Positions 16,766 through 25,572 are shown, counted from the stretch's first letter. The stretch is DNA of 33,794 nt from Candidatus Micrarchaeota archaeon (GCA_043806595.1 JAZDGU010000033.1:1-33794); one strand, 5' to 3'. Notes: generated by a model from the letters alone, not told the origin. Program-made: numbers and translations.

Positions 16766-17215
16766 CTATGCGCGCCCGCAGATTTCCAATGAACATTCCA
16801 CGAGCCTGCGGAAGGTCTCGCGGAACTTGGAATCCGACTGCCACGACTCGTCGCACGGGTCGCGGACCTCCCCCGCAACCCCGCACAAATCCGACAGCTG
16901 CACGACCTTGTCCGCGTGCCCGGGAAACCCGGATTTAAGCGCCTCGGCGTCCCCCGCGGAGAACGCTACGACGAGGTCGTGGGACGCGAGCAGCCCGCCG
17001 GACGCCTTCTTCGACCGGAAGGAAAGGAAATGCTCGAAGTCCCAGCCCTCGTCGCGCAGCAGCTCGCGCGCGTGCCAGTGCAGAAAGCCGTAGCCGGGCG
17101 AGATGCCCGCGGAAGTCGCGGGTATTGTGAAGCGCGTGGCCTTGCGGAAGGCGAACTCCGCGATGGCGCTCAGGCACGCGTTCGCGCGGTCGACGAAAAG
17201 CACGGATTCAGGCAT
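16766..17215 (-). CDS. LMW protein-tyrosine phosphatase/ArsC-fold protein with degenerate P-loop
   Basis: VLFVDRANACLSAIAE aligns with VLFVCxGNxCRSxxAE; SAGI, HDLVV and EVRDP follow. Start at ATG 17215. Confidence 0.75.
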   Translation of the reverse strand: MPESVLFVDRANACLSAIAEFAFRKATRFTIPATSAGISPGYGFLHWHARELLRDEGWDFEHFLSFRSKKASGGLLASHDLVVAFSAGDAEALKSGFPGHADKVVQLSDLCGVAGEVRDPCDESWQSDSKFRETFRRLVECSLEICGRA

Positions 17216-17291
17216 GGATACGGGTTGCCCGCGCGGAAAATAAAAGCATGCAGTTGAACCATTAAAGTCGGGCAAACAACGCAAACAAGTT

Positions 17292-17972
17292 TCATCCGGC
17301 ATCGCCGGCATGCTCCCGGCGGTACTGGGCGGAGAAACGGTAGAGGTCCCGGTAGGAGCGGAAGCCCATCTCGTGGGAGTCCCTGCCCCGAAAAACGACT
17401 GCGACGCGCCTCCTTTCCTTCAAGAGCGGCTTGATGAAGGCCGGATTGGACATGAGAACGTCAACGATGAACCATTTGCGGCCCAACTTGGCCTCGACGA
17501 CGCTCGTGGTGAAAGGCTGCTTTACCCATCCGCGTCCCGAGGGGTAGACCGAACGCTGCAGTCGGGCCTTGAAACTGTTGGCCCGGAGGAGGGCGAGGAG
17601 GACGTGGTTCTTGTCGGTGCACGACCGCAGGGCCCCCACCCAGCCGTCCTCTACTATCTGGCCGGCCGTGCGCCGCCAAGGGACTAGCTCGTGATTCCTC
17701 GCGATCCCGGAGATGACCTCGGGAGGAAGGTCGGGGTCGAACGCGACAACATCCCGACGCCGTAAAAGCCTGCGGAGATCACGCTCAAGCGCGGGATTTG
17801 ATGAAATCCTGCGCCTCGGCTTCAGGCCCGGCAGGTCCACCTCGTGGATGTTGCGCTCTATCCAGCCGACCATCTTCGCGACAGTCATCTTGTCCAACAG
17901 CTCGACTCCGCTGCGCCGAGGAAGATCTGAAGCGATTTCCATTATCCTCTTCGTCGGGCGGGTGACGTCCAT
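17292..17972 (-). CDS. Transglutaminase-like domain protein
   Basis: RRTAGQIVEDG...SCTD...LLALLRANSFKARL...VVEAKLGRKWFIVD. Confidence 0.7.
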   Translation of the reverse strand: MDVTRPTKRIMEIASDLPRRSGVELLDKMTVAKMVGWIERNIHEVDLPGLKPRRRISSNPALERDLRRLLRRRDVVAFDPDLPPEVISGIARNHELVPWRRTAGQIVEDGWVGALRSCTDKNHVLLALLRANSFKARLQRSVYPSGRGWVKQPFTTSVVEAKLGRKWFIVDVLMSNPAFIKPLLKERRRVAVVFRGRDSHEMGFRSYRDLYRFSAQYRREHAGDAG

Positions 17973-17979
17973 TCAGGCA

Positions 17980-18402
17980 TCAGGCCTCAGCGAGCTCGTC
18001 GTCGTAGTAGGTAACGGCGATGCCGCCCGCGAGGAAGAGGAGGCCGAGGCCCATGGGAGCGTAGAAGTCGGGGTCCATGCCGTGCGAATGCGAGAAGAGC
18101 AGGAAAGAGCCCGCCAGGAGGAGGGCGGCAAGCGCGTAGAGAAGCGGCTGCAGGAGAGAGTCGAGGTCGTCGGCCTCAGAAGCTGCGCCCTGCCAGGAGG
18201 GCCAGATGACTTCGCTCAAAAGATAGAACGCCTCGTAGTAGACGTAGTACATTATGACGAAGCCCGCGATGATGAGAAGGAGGAAGACCCAGTTCGCGCC
18301 GTTCGGGAAGAAAGGCTTGAGGGAGACGCGCACCGCCCACGCGAAGAGCGCGTAGAGGGCGACGAACCCCAAGGGCTTGAGCATGCGCTCCAGTTCGACC
18401 AT
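17980..18402 (-). CDS. Hypothetical membrane protein (about 4 TM helices)
   Basis: Four hydrophobic stretches; 7-nt gap to the transglutaminase-like gene. Confidence 0.7.
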   Translation of the reverse strand: MVELERMLKPLGFVALYALFAWAVRVSLKPFFPNGANWVFLLLIIAGFVIMYYVYYEAFYLLSEVIWPSWQGAASEADDLDSLLQPLLYALAALLLAGSFLLFSHSHGMDPDFYAPMGLGLLFLAGGIAVTYYDDELAEA

Positions 18403-18461
18403 GGGAAAAATACACTGGACGCGGTTAAAAAGCGTTGGGAAGAAATGTATCCGGTGCCAAT

Positions 18462-18923
18462 ATGGCGGGCGAATTGAAGGTACGAAAATTATCCAAGAAG
18501 GAGGCCGAGGGGTTCAAGATACGGGTTTTCCGGAAATATTTCAGAAAACTCTACGGGAAGAAATCTGGCAGGCTCTTGGAAGCTTTTGAGACTAAGACTG
18601 TGTGGCTCGGCGGAGTCATTGGAAGGAGATTGGTCGGGGTCATGCGCGTCGAAATCGAGGCAGGAAGATGCAAAATCGGCATGCTTGCGATCGAGCCCGC
18701 GTTCTGGCGGCGAGGCGTCGGAAGCGTCCTCTTGGCCGAGGCTGAAAAGATTGGCAAGCGGCTTGGATGCGTCAAGGCTTGGCTGATGACGAAACCGGGT
18801 TGGCACGCCCACGAATTTTATAAGAAAAACGGGTATCGAACGGAAGCTGTCCTCGACGCCTACTTTAATGGCAGTAAAGGTGTGCTGATGAGCAAGCGAC
18901 TGAAAGGCAGCGTCAAGGCTTGA
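18462..18923 (+). CDS. GNAT family N-acetyltransferase
   Basis: LAIEPAFWRRGVGSVLL (motif A) and AHEFYKKNGY. Start at ATG 18462. Confidence 0.9.
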   Translation: MAGELKVRKLSKKEAEGFKIRVFRKYFRKLYGKKSGRLLEAFETKTVWLGGVIGRRLVGVMRVEIEAGRCKIGMLAIEPAFWRRGVGSVLLAEAEKIGKRLGCVKAWLMTKPGWHAHEFYKKNGYRTEAVLDAYFNGSKGVLMSKRLKGSVKA

Positions 18924-19488
18924 GCACGCCCTGCACGACGAACTGCACGCCGCGCGTGACTAGCAGGAGGCCCATTATCTTCACGATGACGAGAAGCATC
19001 TGTTTTCCGAGGAGCCTCGAGAGCCTGCCCGCGGCCCGCAGGATGAGCCAGCTGGCCGCCACGGAGGCCAGAATGGCTAGGAAGGTTGCAAGCCCGCCGA
19101 GGTCCTGGGACATTATTATCACGCTGGTCAGCACGCCCGGGCCGGTTAGCAGAGGCGTGCCGATGAGCACGGCGACGGCCTCCTTGTCAGAGTCCTCGCC
19201 GTTGGCGAGCTTCAAGCCCAGAACGGTCTGCAAACCAAGCAGCGTAAGGACGATGCCGCCGGCAATCTTGAAAGAGGATAGCGAGAGGCCCATGAGCTGG
19301 AGAATGACGGGCCCGGTGAAGAGGAAGGCAACTGCAAGCGTCCCTGCCACGAGCGCCGCCAGGTTGGCGCTGCGCGCGCGCTCCTCCGCGGTATGGTCCT
19401 TCGTCAGCAGCAGGAAGGGGATAAGGCTGCTGAACGGGTTCATGATGACGAACAGCGAGGCGAATGCGACAAGAAAAGGCTCGAGCAT
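18913..19488 (-). CDS. MarC family membrane protein
   Basis: LFVIMNPFS, SFKIAGGIVL, PLLTGPG and KIMGLLL...GVQF. Confidence 0.92.
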   Translation of the reverse strand: MLEPFLVAFASLFVIMNPFSSLIPFLLLTKDHTAEERARSANLAALVAGTLAVAFLFTGPVILQLMGLSLSSFKIAGGIVLTLLGLQTVLGLKLANGEDSDKEAVAVLIGTPLLTGPGVLTSVIIMSQDLGGLATFLAILASVAASWLILRAAGRLSRLLGKQMLLVIVKIMGLLLVTRGVQFVVQGVLKP

Positions 19489-19762
19489 GGGATGTGGTTA
19501 CACCTGATAGGGCGGCAGCGCGGCTGGAGAAAGAATTCGCTTTCGGAAGTGCTATTTACCTTTTGTCGGTGGAGTGGGGATTGGTTGAAGTCGGAAGGCA
19601 TTTGCAGGGATGGAGTATAAAAACCCACCGTTGCCGACCGCGCCCACCGCAGGAAACCCATCGCGGTTGGCCGAATCCTTCACAGAAAACCGATTTTATG
19701 GTCAAAGCCTTGAATATATGGGCAGAAGTGAATTTGTAGGCAAAGCCGGAGCCATCAAAACC

Positions 19763-19779
19763 TTTAAATACTTGTAACT
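19763..19779 (+). promoter_or_regulatory. TATA box with adjacent CTTGTAACT motif, upstream of the giant surface gene
   Basis: TTTAAATA at 19763-19770; TAAATACTTGTAACT matches 9843-9857 at 14 of 15 positions. Confidence 0.5.
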
Positions 19780-19857
19780 GTGTAGTAGTAACACATCTTC
19801 AGGGGGTTCCGCGGGCTTCCGGGCTTGTGGGTATATACGCGTAAACGGGGTAATGCA

Positions 19858-22800
19858 ATGTCCAGGCACTTCGCATCGCTTCTCGGATTCTCTGTACTTA
19901 TCGCCGTGGGCCTTCTGGCCTTCAGCGGCGGGGCGGCCGCGTATTGCGGCGACTATTACTGCGACGTGTGGGACAACGACGACATCTACTGCCCGTATGA
20001 ATGCGCCGGCGGCCAATACAACTACTGCGACTACGACGGATACTGCGAATACGGCGAGGACGCGTACGGCTGCGCGTTCGACTGCTCCTACGCCCCAGCG
20101 GGAGGCCATTACTGCGACGTCGTCGTCGACAACAGCTACGATTACGTGGTCGACGTCCCAATCTACACCTCGATTCCCGTCGAGGTTTACTGCAATGACC
20201 GCGCGAACCACATGGCGGCAGTGGACTGCGGGCCGGGCGGAATAGCGGACTCCGGAATCATGTACAACGGTTACTACTACGCCTACTGCAGGTATACTAA
20301 TATCGGGCCTGAGACGGTCACCGCGTATGTCGACAACTGGCCGGTCCGTGACCAGGCCGTAAACGTCTACAGCCAGGCGCCGGACTACGGCTGGTGCGGA
20401 GACGGGCACTGCGCGTGGGAAGAGGAAGGGTCCTGCATCACGGACTGCGGCGGCGGATACCCTACTGCTACGCCTAGGCCGACTTACGGGCCGACTCCGA
20501 CCGCGACGCCCATGCCGCCTGCGGAATGCTGGACTACTTCCTCGAGCACGAGGATAAAGGAAGGCTTCACGAGCCAGATTTCTTCCAACTACAGGTATTT
20601 CAGGACCGAGCCGGGGTATGCGACGATTAAATGCGGCACCGGCAGCGAGATTCCGGCGAGCTGCTCGGGCGGCAAGTGCACCGCGACGTGCATGTACCCC
20701 GAAAGCGGGGAAGTCTACCCTTCGTCTAAGGCCGGCACGCTGACTTGCGCGCCGACGACTCTCGTCGTATCCCCGGCGGACGTGTCTCCGGCGTGCTCGC
20801 GCAACTCCGACTGCGGGACCGACCAATACACTGGAGCGCAATACTGTAGGGGAAGCGCAGTCTATAGGAATTACACTGCATATGCGTGCATTAGGCCGAA
20901 CCAGCCGGAAGCGTATTGCAGCAGCACGACAGAACCGCGAATTATTCAGACCTGCGCGAACGGCTGCAGCAACGGCCAGTGCAACGGCGCGCCGACGTAC
21001 CCGTCGTGCGCAATCACCGCCTACCCCGACCAGGTGACCGAGGGCGGGAGGAGCGTCATGACCGTAAGCTACTACCAGCTCCCATACGCGCCCAACAACA
21101 TTCAAGTCAATTGTGGTAACGGCCAGTCGGTGAACGCCGTTGGATGCGGCGGGACCACGGGAAGCTGCACTGCCGGCTGCACGTACAACGGCCAGCCAGG
21201 CAACCCCGTCACTGCATCAGCATCGGGAGTCGCCTGCAGCCCGGCCCAAGTGACCGTGGTTCCGGCGAATCCGACGCAGTTGCCGCACACACCGAGGCAC
21301 TACTACGGCGACGCGTCGTACGAGAGGCTGTACGAGCAGGATTCGGTGACCGCCAACAACGGCAACGGCGTCATCGTGAGCAGCGTATTCATGGGCGGGC
21401 AAAGCGGCGCGACCTTCCGCGTGATGCGCGGCGGGACGATCGTCAAGCAGGTCACGCTCTTCCACCTGCAGCCGGAATACTTCGACACGGGGACGGGGCT
21501 GCACGTGAGGATATACAACATCGGCACCGACCCGCAGGAGGGCAGGTTCATCGGGTTCTTCATCCGCTCGGAAAGCGGCGCGACGGCCTCCCCGACTCCG
21601 CCGGCGAACCCGGCCTGCGCGTTGACCGCGGTGCCCGCGCACGTTCAGGAGGGAGGAACAAGCTCCATCGTAGTCAATTATTACAACCTGCCGTACCAGC
21701 CGAACGCCATACCCGTGGAATGCGGCAACCTGTATTCGACGAGCGCGGTGAACTGCTTCGGCACCACGGGGAGCTGCGCGGCGCAATGCTTCTACGCTAA
21801 TGAAGGTTCATTCCCGGCGACTGCAATAGCGTCGGGAGCGGCGTGCACGCCTGTAACCGTCACGGTGGCGCAGGGCGACGGAGGGAGCTCCGACGCGTGC
21901 AGGGACGGCACGCGCAGCGGCGAGTGCTCGAACAACAAGCCGTACTTCTGCGACGAGGGGTTCCTCGTGAAGGACGCGCAGACGTGCGGCTGCAATGCGG
22001 GCTACCAGCCGAGCGGAAGCGACTGCATCGCTAGCATCGGCAGCTGCAGCGTGTCGCTCAACCCGCAGGAAATCCAGCCGGACGAGCCGACGACGGTGAT
22101 CGTATCATACAGGGACATGGCGCAGGTGCCGGATTCAACTGTATACTGCGGCGACGGCGCGACGACTCCGGCGAGCTGCTCGCAGAGCACGCCGGGCAGG
22201 GGGAGCTGCACCGCGACGTGCGCATACGACGAGGAGAACAATTACCCGAAGACTTACACGGTCAACGCGCTCGCCAACGGGATAAGGTGCTCCGCGGCGA
22301 CCGCGAAGGTCGTCGCCCCGGACGAGACCAAGGGAAGGATCCTGTTCAGGATAACGTCGTGCGAAGACGGAAGCGCACTGCAGGGAGCGAAGGTCAGCGT
22401 CGGCGACGCGGAGGATGCGTACGCGGACGAGTTCGGGCAGGCCAAGGTGGCGCTCGAGCCGGGCACGTACACCGCGAGCGTCTCAAAGCAGGGGTATTCC
22501 GGCGCGCTGGTCACCAAGACGGTAGAGGCGGGAAGGACGGCGACGGCTAGCGTCTGCCTCGAGGCCGACCCGGGGGCAAGGTGCGACATCGACGCAAGGC
22601 TCGCGAGGACTCCTGCCGGAGGCGACGCGCACACGCCGCTGCTGTTCCAGATCAACGTGACGAACTACAAGGACGAGGCCAACATCGTCCTCATCGACTA
22701 CTCTTCGGCGGTGCACCTCGAGGGCCCGAGCTCGGTGCAGCTGCAGCCGCTCGCATCGACGCTAGTCAGCGTCAGGGCGTACCCGCCATCCGACTTCATT

Positions 22801-25572
22801 GGCGACACGCTCGGCATGGTCACGCTCACCGGCAACCAGGGCTGCGCAAAGAGCGTCGCTCTGCCCATCAACGTCATCGGCGGCCTCGTGCTCCAGGCGG
22901 GCAAGGTTTCCGCGGAGGCGATGCCGGGAGAGCGCGCATGCTTCCCCCTGACACTGAGGAACAGCGGGCCGGACAGCGGAATTGTCGTGTTCTCCAGCAC
23001 GCCGCTCGACCCCGACGACGGAGGTTTCGAGCAGACGTTCGACATTCCGCGCTATAGCATCGCGGCCTACGAGATCAAGGACGGCATCGACTTCTGCGTG
23101 CGCGTGCCGAGCGGGGCGGACGATGGAGGGCATTCGTTCGCGCTGAGGGCGCAGAGCCCGATATCGGACGCGGGCACCGTAGTCAAGGTCGAGGTCGGGG
23201 ACACGGAGGGCGGCTTTGATGCCGACACCTACGGCTGCCTGTACGTGAGGGACTGGAGCCAGAGGCCCATCCAGATCACGAACGACGTTGCGGACGGCGA
23301 CTACACGATCGATTTGCAGTACAACGACGTCGGAGCCGCGGTGACGCCGCAGACGCTCTACAACTTCAGGAAGGGCACCACGCGCACGGTCTACTTCAGC
23401 GTCGACCCCGAGAGCATCGACGTGTACGAGCGGCACCTTCAGCTGCTCCTCCTCAAGGGCGGGTCAGTTGTCATGGAGAGGGACATCTGCCTGCGCAATT
23501 CCAACTATGCGTCCGGAGGCGGCTACTACGACGGCGGGTATTACGGGGGCGTAGGCTACAGCGTGATGACGTCGCTCTCGCAAAGCAGCATGTCTCTTGC
23601 CCGAGGGTCCGTGGGAAGCACCACGCTGCAGGTCACCAATGACGGAGGCATAACCGACTCGTATCTGGTCTCGGTGGAGGGCCTTTCGGGGAGGGCAAGC
23701 CCTTCTAGCTTCACCTTGAGGCCGAACGAGAAGAGGGACGTGCAGGTGTCGGTGACCGCGAACGCGAACCCGGGCACCTACACGGTTCCGGTAAAGATTT
23801 ATAGCGCGCGCCGCCAGGGATACAACTACGACGACGGCTACCACTACGGATACGACTATAACGTATACTACAACGGAAGGTACTGCGACAGGTACTACTA
23901 CGATGGCGGATACCACTACGAGAACTGCAGGGACTACTACGACCATTACGACGGCTACGGCACGCCCTTGCGCGGCGGGTCCATTGACTGCGGCAACGGC
24001 AGGACGGTTAGCGTCGACTGCAGGGGAAGCAGCGGGACGTGCATGGGCACGTGCGAGTATGGCAGCGCCCGCGATTACACCGTCACCGCGGACGTCGGCG
24101 ACGTGAGCTGCGACGACGCCAAGATCAAGGTGGTGGGAGAGGACGCGCGCGCGTGCCAGGTCGGAGTGGAGTCGTTCGTCAGGCCGGGCACTAACGCGAA
24201 AGTGACGGTCATGTACAGGAACCTCAACGACGCGCCCGCGGACGGGAGAATCCAGGTCCTCTGCGGGAACGGCAACGTCGTCGACGCGACCGGCTGCCAC
24301 GGGACAACCGGGGAATGCACCGCGTCGTGCTACTACTCCGGCACCGGGGGTTACGTCGTGTCCGCGAGCGGGGAAACCGGCTGCGGCATTGCGCGCATCA
24401 CCGTCGGCGACGACGGGAGCTACTGCTCCATAGACGTTGAACCGCTTGCGGTCGAAGGCAGGGACGCCGAGGTCCGGCTGCACTACCGCGGCGTGGAATA
24501 CGACAATAACAACGATTATTACTACAACCCGTATTCGGGATACTCCAACAACCTCCTGCTCAAGACCGAGAACCTTGTCGTCACCATAGGCGGAGGCGGA
24601 GTGCAGCCGACTGCGACGCCTTCCGGCGTTTCCATCGGCACGATAGTGTCGCAGGACATCGCCCCGGGAGGCAGCGGAGTCGCCGCGGTCACGCTCAAGA
24701 ACAACGCCAACGCGGCCAGCATGCCGGTGACCGTATTCTTCAACGAGCTCCCCGCGGGAGTCATCGCCGAGCAGGCCGAGCCGGTGACGCTGCTTGCGTA
24801 TCAGGAGAAGATCGTCCGCGTTAGGCTGCACGCGCAAAGCTCCGCGGAGCCGGGAACATACCGCGTGCGCGTGTCGCTCGAGCAGGCTGCAGGAGCGGAA
24901 AGCAGGCCGTTCGACCTCGACATCGTGCCGGCAAGCGAAATCATCGAGGCGGAAATCAGGCCTGCTGCAGCGCTCCAGTGCGACGCCGGCTACCCGAACT
25001 CGATCATCGCCTCCTTCCTCGTGAAGAACAACGAGGCGAGGGACATCGGGGTCAGCGGCTTGCTTGCGGGCCTTCCCGAGGAATGGCACCAGCAGTCCGA
25101 CCCGCTATACCAGATCATCAAGCCCGGCGAGGAGAAGAACATCGACATCCGCATCAACACCACGGGCTTCGAGCCGAAGGACTACCCGGCGGTGTTCGAG
25201 GTCAGGCAGCGCGACGGAAGGCGCGCCTCGACTCCTTACGACCTGCCGATGGCGCAGTGCGGCGGAGGCCTGCTCTCCGGGCTGTTCGTGCTCAACACCT
25301 CGTTCAGCCTGTGGCAGCTGCTCGTCATGCTGCTCGTGCTCGCGGTGCTCGCCTTCCTATTCTTCTCGACGAGGCCTGCGGACGGCGAACAGCGCAGCGA
25401 AGACGCTGCGGAAGCCGAGGAAAGCCAGAAAAACCTTCGCCAGCTGACTTTAAACGGCATAAAGGAAGAAGTCTCCGAAAAGCAGGAGCCCGCCAAATAC
25501 GATTGGAGCCCTTCGTCCGACGAGGCATACCTCGGAGAGCCGGGCGACGGCGGCGCGGAGAAGAATGCGTGA
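19858..25572 (+). CDS. Giant (1904 aa) Cys/Tyr-rich secreted, C-terminally membrane-anchored surface protein
   Basis: Signal peptide (MSRHFASLLGFSVLIAVGLLAFSGGAAA), CxxDxxC..CxxDC repeats, about 7 CG[ND]G..C..C.Y modules, a carboxypeptidase-regulatory/PEGA-like domain (LEPGTYTASVSKQGY), several CARDB/NEW3-like Ig domains, a TM helix (LWQLLVMLLVLAVLAFLFF) and an acidic tail. Confidence 0.88.
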   Translation: MSRHFASLLGFSVLIAVGLLAFSGGAAAYCGDYYCDVWDNDDIYCPYECAGGQYNYCDYDGYCEYGEDAYGCAFDCSYAPAGGHYCDVVVDNSYDYVVDVPIYTSIPVEVYCNDRANHMAAVDCGPGGIADSGIMYNGYYYAYCRYTNIGPETVTAYVDNWPVRDQAVNVYSQAPDYGWCGDGHCAWEEEGSCITDCGGGYPTATPRPTYGPTPTATPMPPAECWTTSSSTRIKEGFTSQISSNYRYFRTEPGYATIKCGTGSEIPASCSGGKCTATCMYPESGEVYPSSKAGTLTCAPTTLVVSPADVSPACSRNSDCGTDQYTGAQYCRGSAVYRNYTAYACIRPNQPEAYCSSTTEPRIIQTCANGCSNGQCNGAPTYPSCAITAYPDQVTEGGRSVMTVSYYQLPYAPNNIQVNCGNGQSVNAVGCGGTTGSCTAGCTYNGQPGNPVTASASGVACSPAQVTVVPANPTQLPHTPRHYYGDASYERLYEQDSVTANNGNGVIVSSVFMGGQSGATFRVMRGGTIVKQVTLFHLQPEYFDTGTGLHVRIYNIGTDPQEGRFIGFFIRSESGATASPTPPANPACALTAVPAHVQEGGTSSIVVNYYNLPYQPNAIPVECGNLYSTSAVNCFGTTGSCAAQCFYANEGSFPATAIASGAACTPVTVTVAQGDGGSSDACRDGTRSGECSNNKPYFCDEGFLVKDAQTCGCNAGYQPSGSDCIASIGSCSVSLNPQEIQPDEPTTVIVSYRDMAQVPDSTVYCGDGATTPASCSQSTPGRGSCTATCAYDEENNYPKTYTVNALANGIRCSAATAKVVAPDETKGRILFRITSCEDGSALQGAKVSVGDAEDAYADEFGQAKVALEPGTYTASVSKQGYSGALVTKTVEAGRTATASVCLEADPGARCDIDARLARTPAGGDAHTPLLFQINVTNYKDEANIVLIDYSSAVHLEGPSSVQLQPLASTLVSVRAYPPSDFIGDTLGMVTLTGNQGCAKSVALPINVIGGLVLQAGKVSAEAMPGERACFPLTLRNSGPDSGIVVFSSTPLDPDDGGFEQTFDIPRYSIAAYEIKDGIDFCVRVPSGADDGGHSFALRAQSPISDAGTVVKVEVGDTEGGFDADTYGCLYVRDWSQRPIQITNDVADGDYTIDLQYNDVGAAVTPQTLYNFRKGTTRTVYFSVDPESIDVYERHLQLLLLKGGSVVMERDICLRNSNYASGGGYYDGGYYGGVGYSVMTSLSQSSMSLARGSVGSTTLQVTNDGGITDSYLVSVEGLSGRASPSSFTLRPNEKRDVQVSVTANANPGTYTVPVKIYSARRQGYNYDDGYHYGYDYNVYYNGRYCDRYYYDGGYHYENCRDYYDHYDGYGTPLRGGSIDCGNGRTVSVDCRGSSGTCMGTCEYGSARDYTVTADVGDVSCDDAKIKVVGEDARACQVGVESFVRPGTNAKVTVMYRNLNDAPADGRIQVLCGNGNVVDATGCHGTTGECTASCYYSGTGGYVVSASGETGCGIARITVGDDGSYCSIDVEPLAVEGRDAEVRLHYRGVEYDNNNDYYYNPYSGYSNNLLLKTENLVVTIGGGGVQPTATPSGVSIGTIVSQDIAPGGSGVAAVTLKNNANAASMPVTVFFNELPAGVIAEQAEPVTLLAYQEKIVRVRLHAQSSAEPGTYRVRVSLEQAAGAESRPFDLDIVPASEIIEAEIRPAAALQCDAGYPNSIIASFLVKNNEARDIGVSGLLAGLPEEWHQQSDPLYQIIKPGEEKNIDIRINTTGFEPKDYPAVFEVRQRDGRRASTPYDLPMAQCGGGLLSGLFVLNTSFSLWQLLVMLLVLAVLAFLFFSTRPADGEQRSEDAAEAEESQKNLRQLTLNGIKEEVSEKQEPAKYDWSPSSDEAYLGEPGDGGAEKNA

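Noticed and set aside
19440..19739. Short ORFs (73-91 aa) in the marC-giant gene gap
   Set aside because: No recognisable protein features, they overlap marC, and their codon style is atypical.
19702..21105. 467-aa antisense ORF, and other long shadow ORFs (e.g. 23464..25089, 7027..8409, 3657..4982, 29143..30441, 30619..31908)
   Set aside because: They overlap well-supported genes in other frames or strands and have Arg/Ala/Val-rich composition with no motifs, as expected from high GC3.
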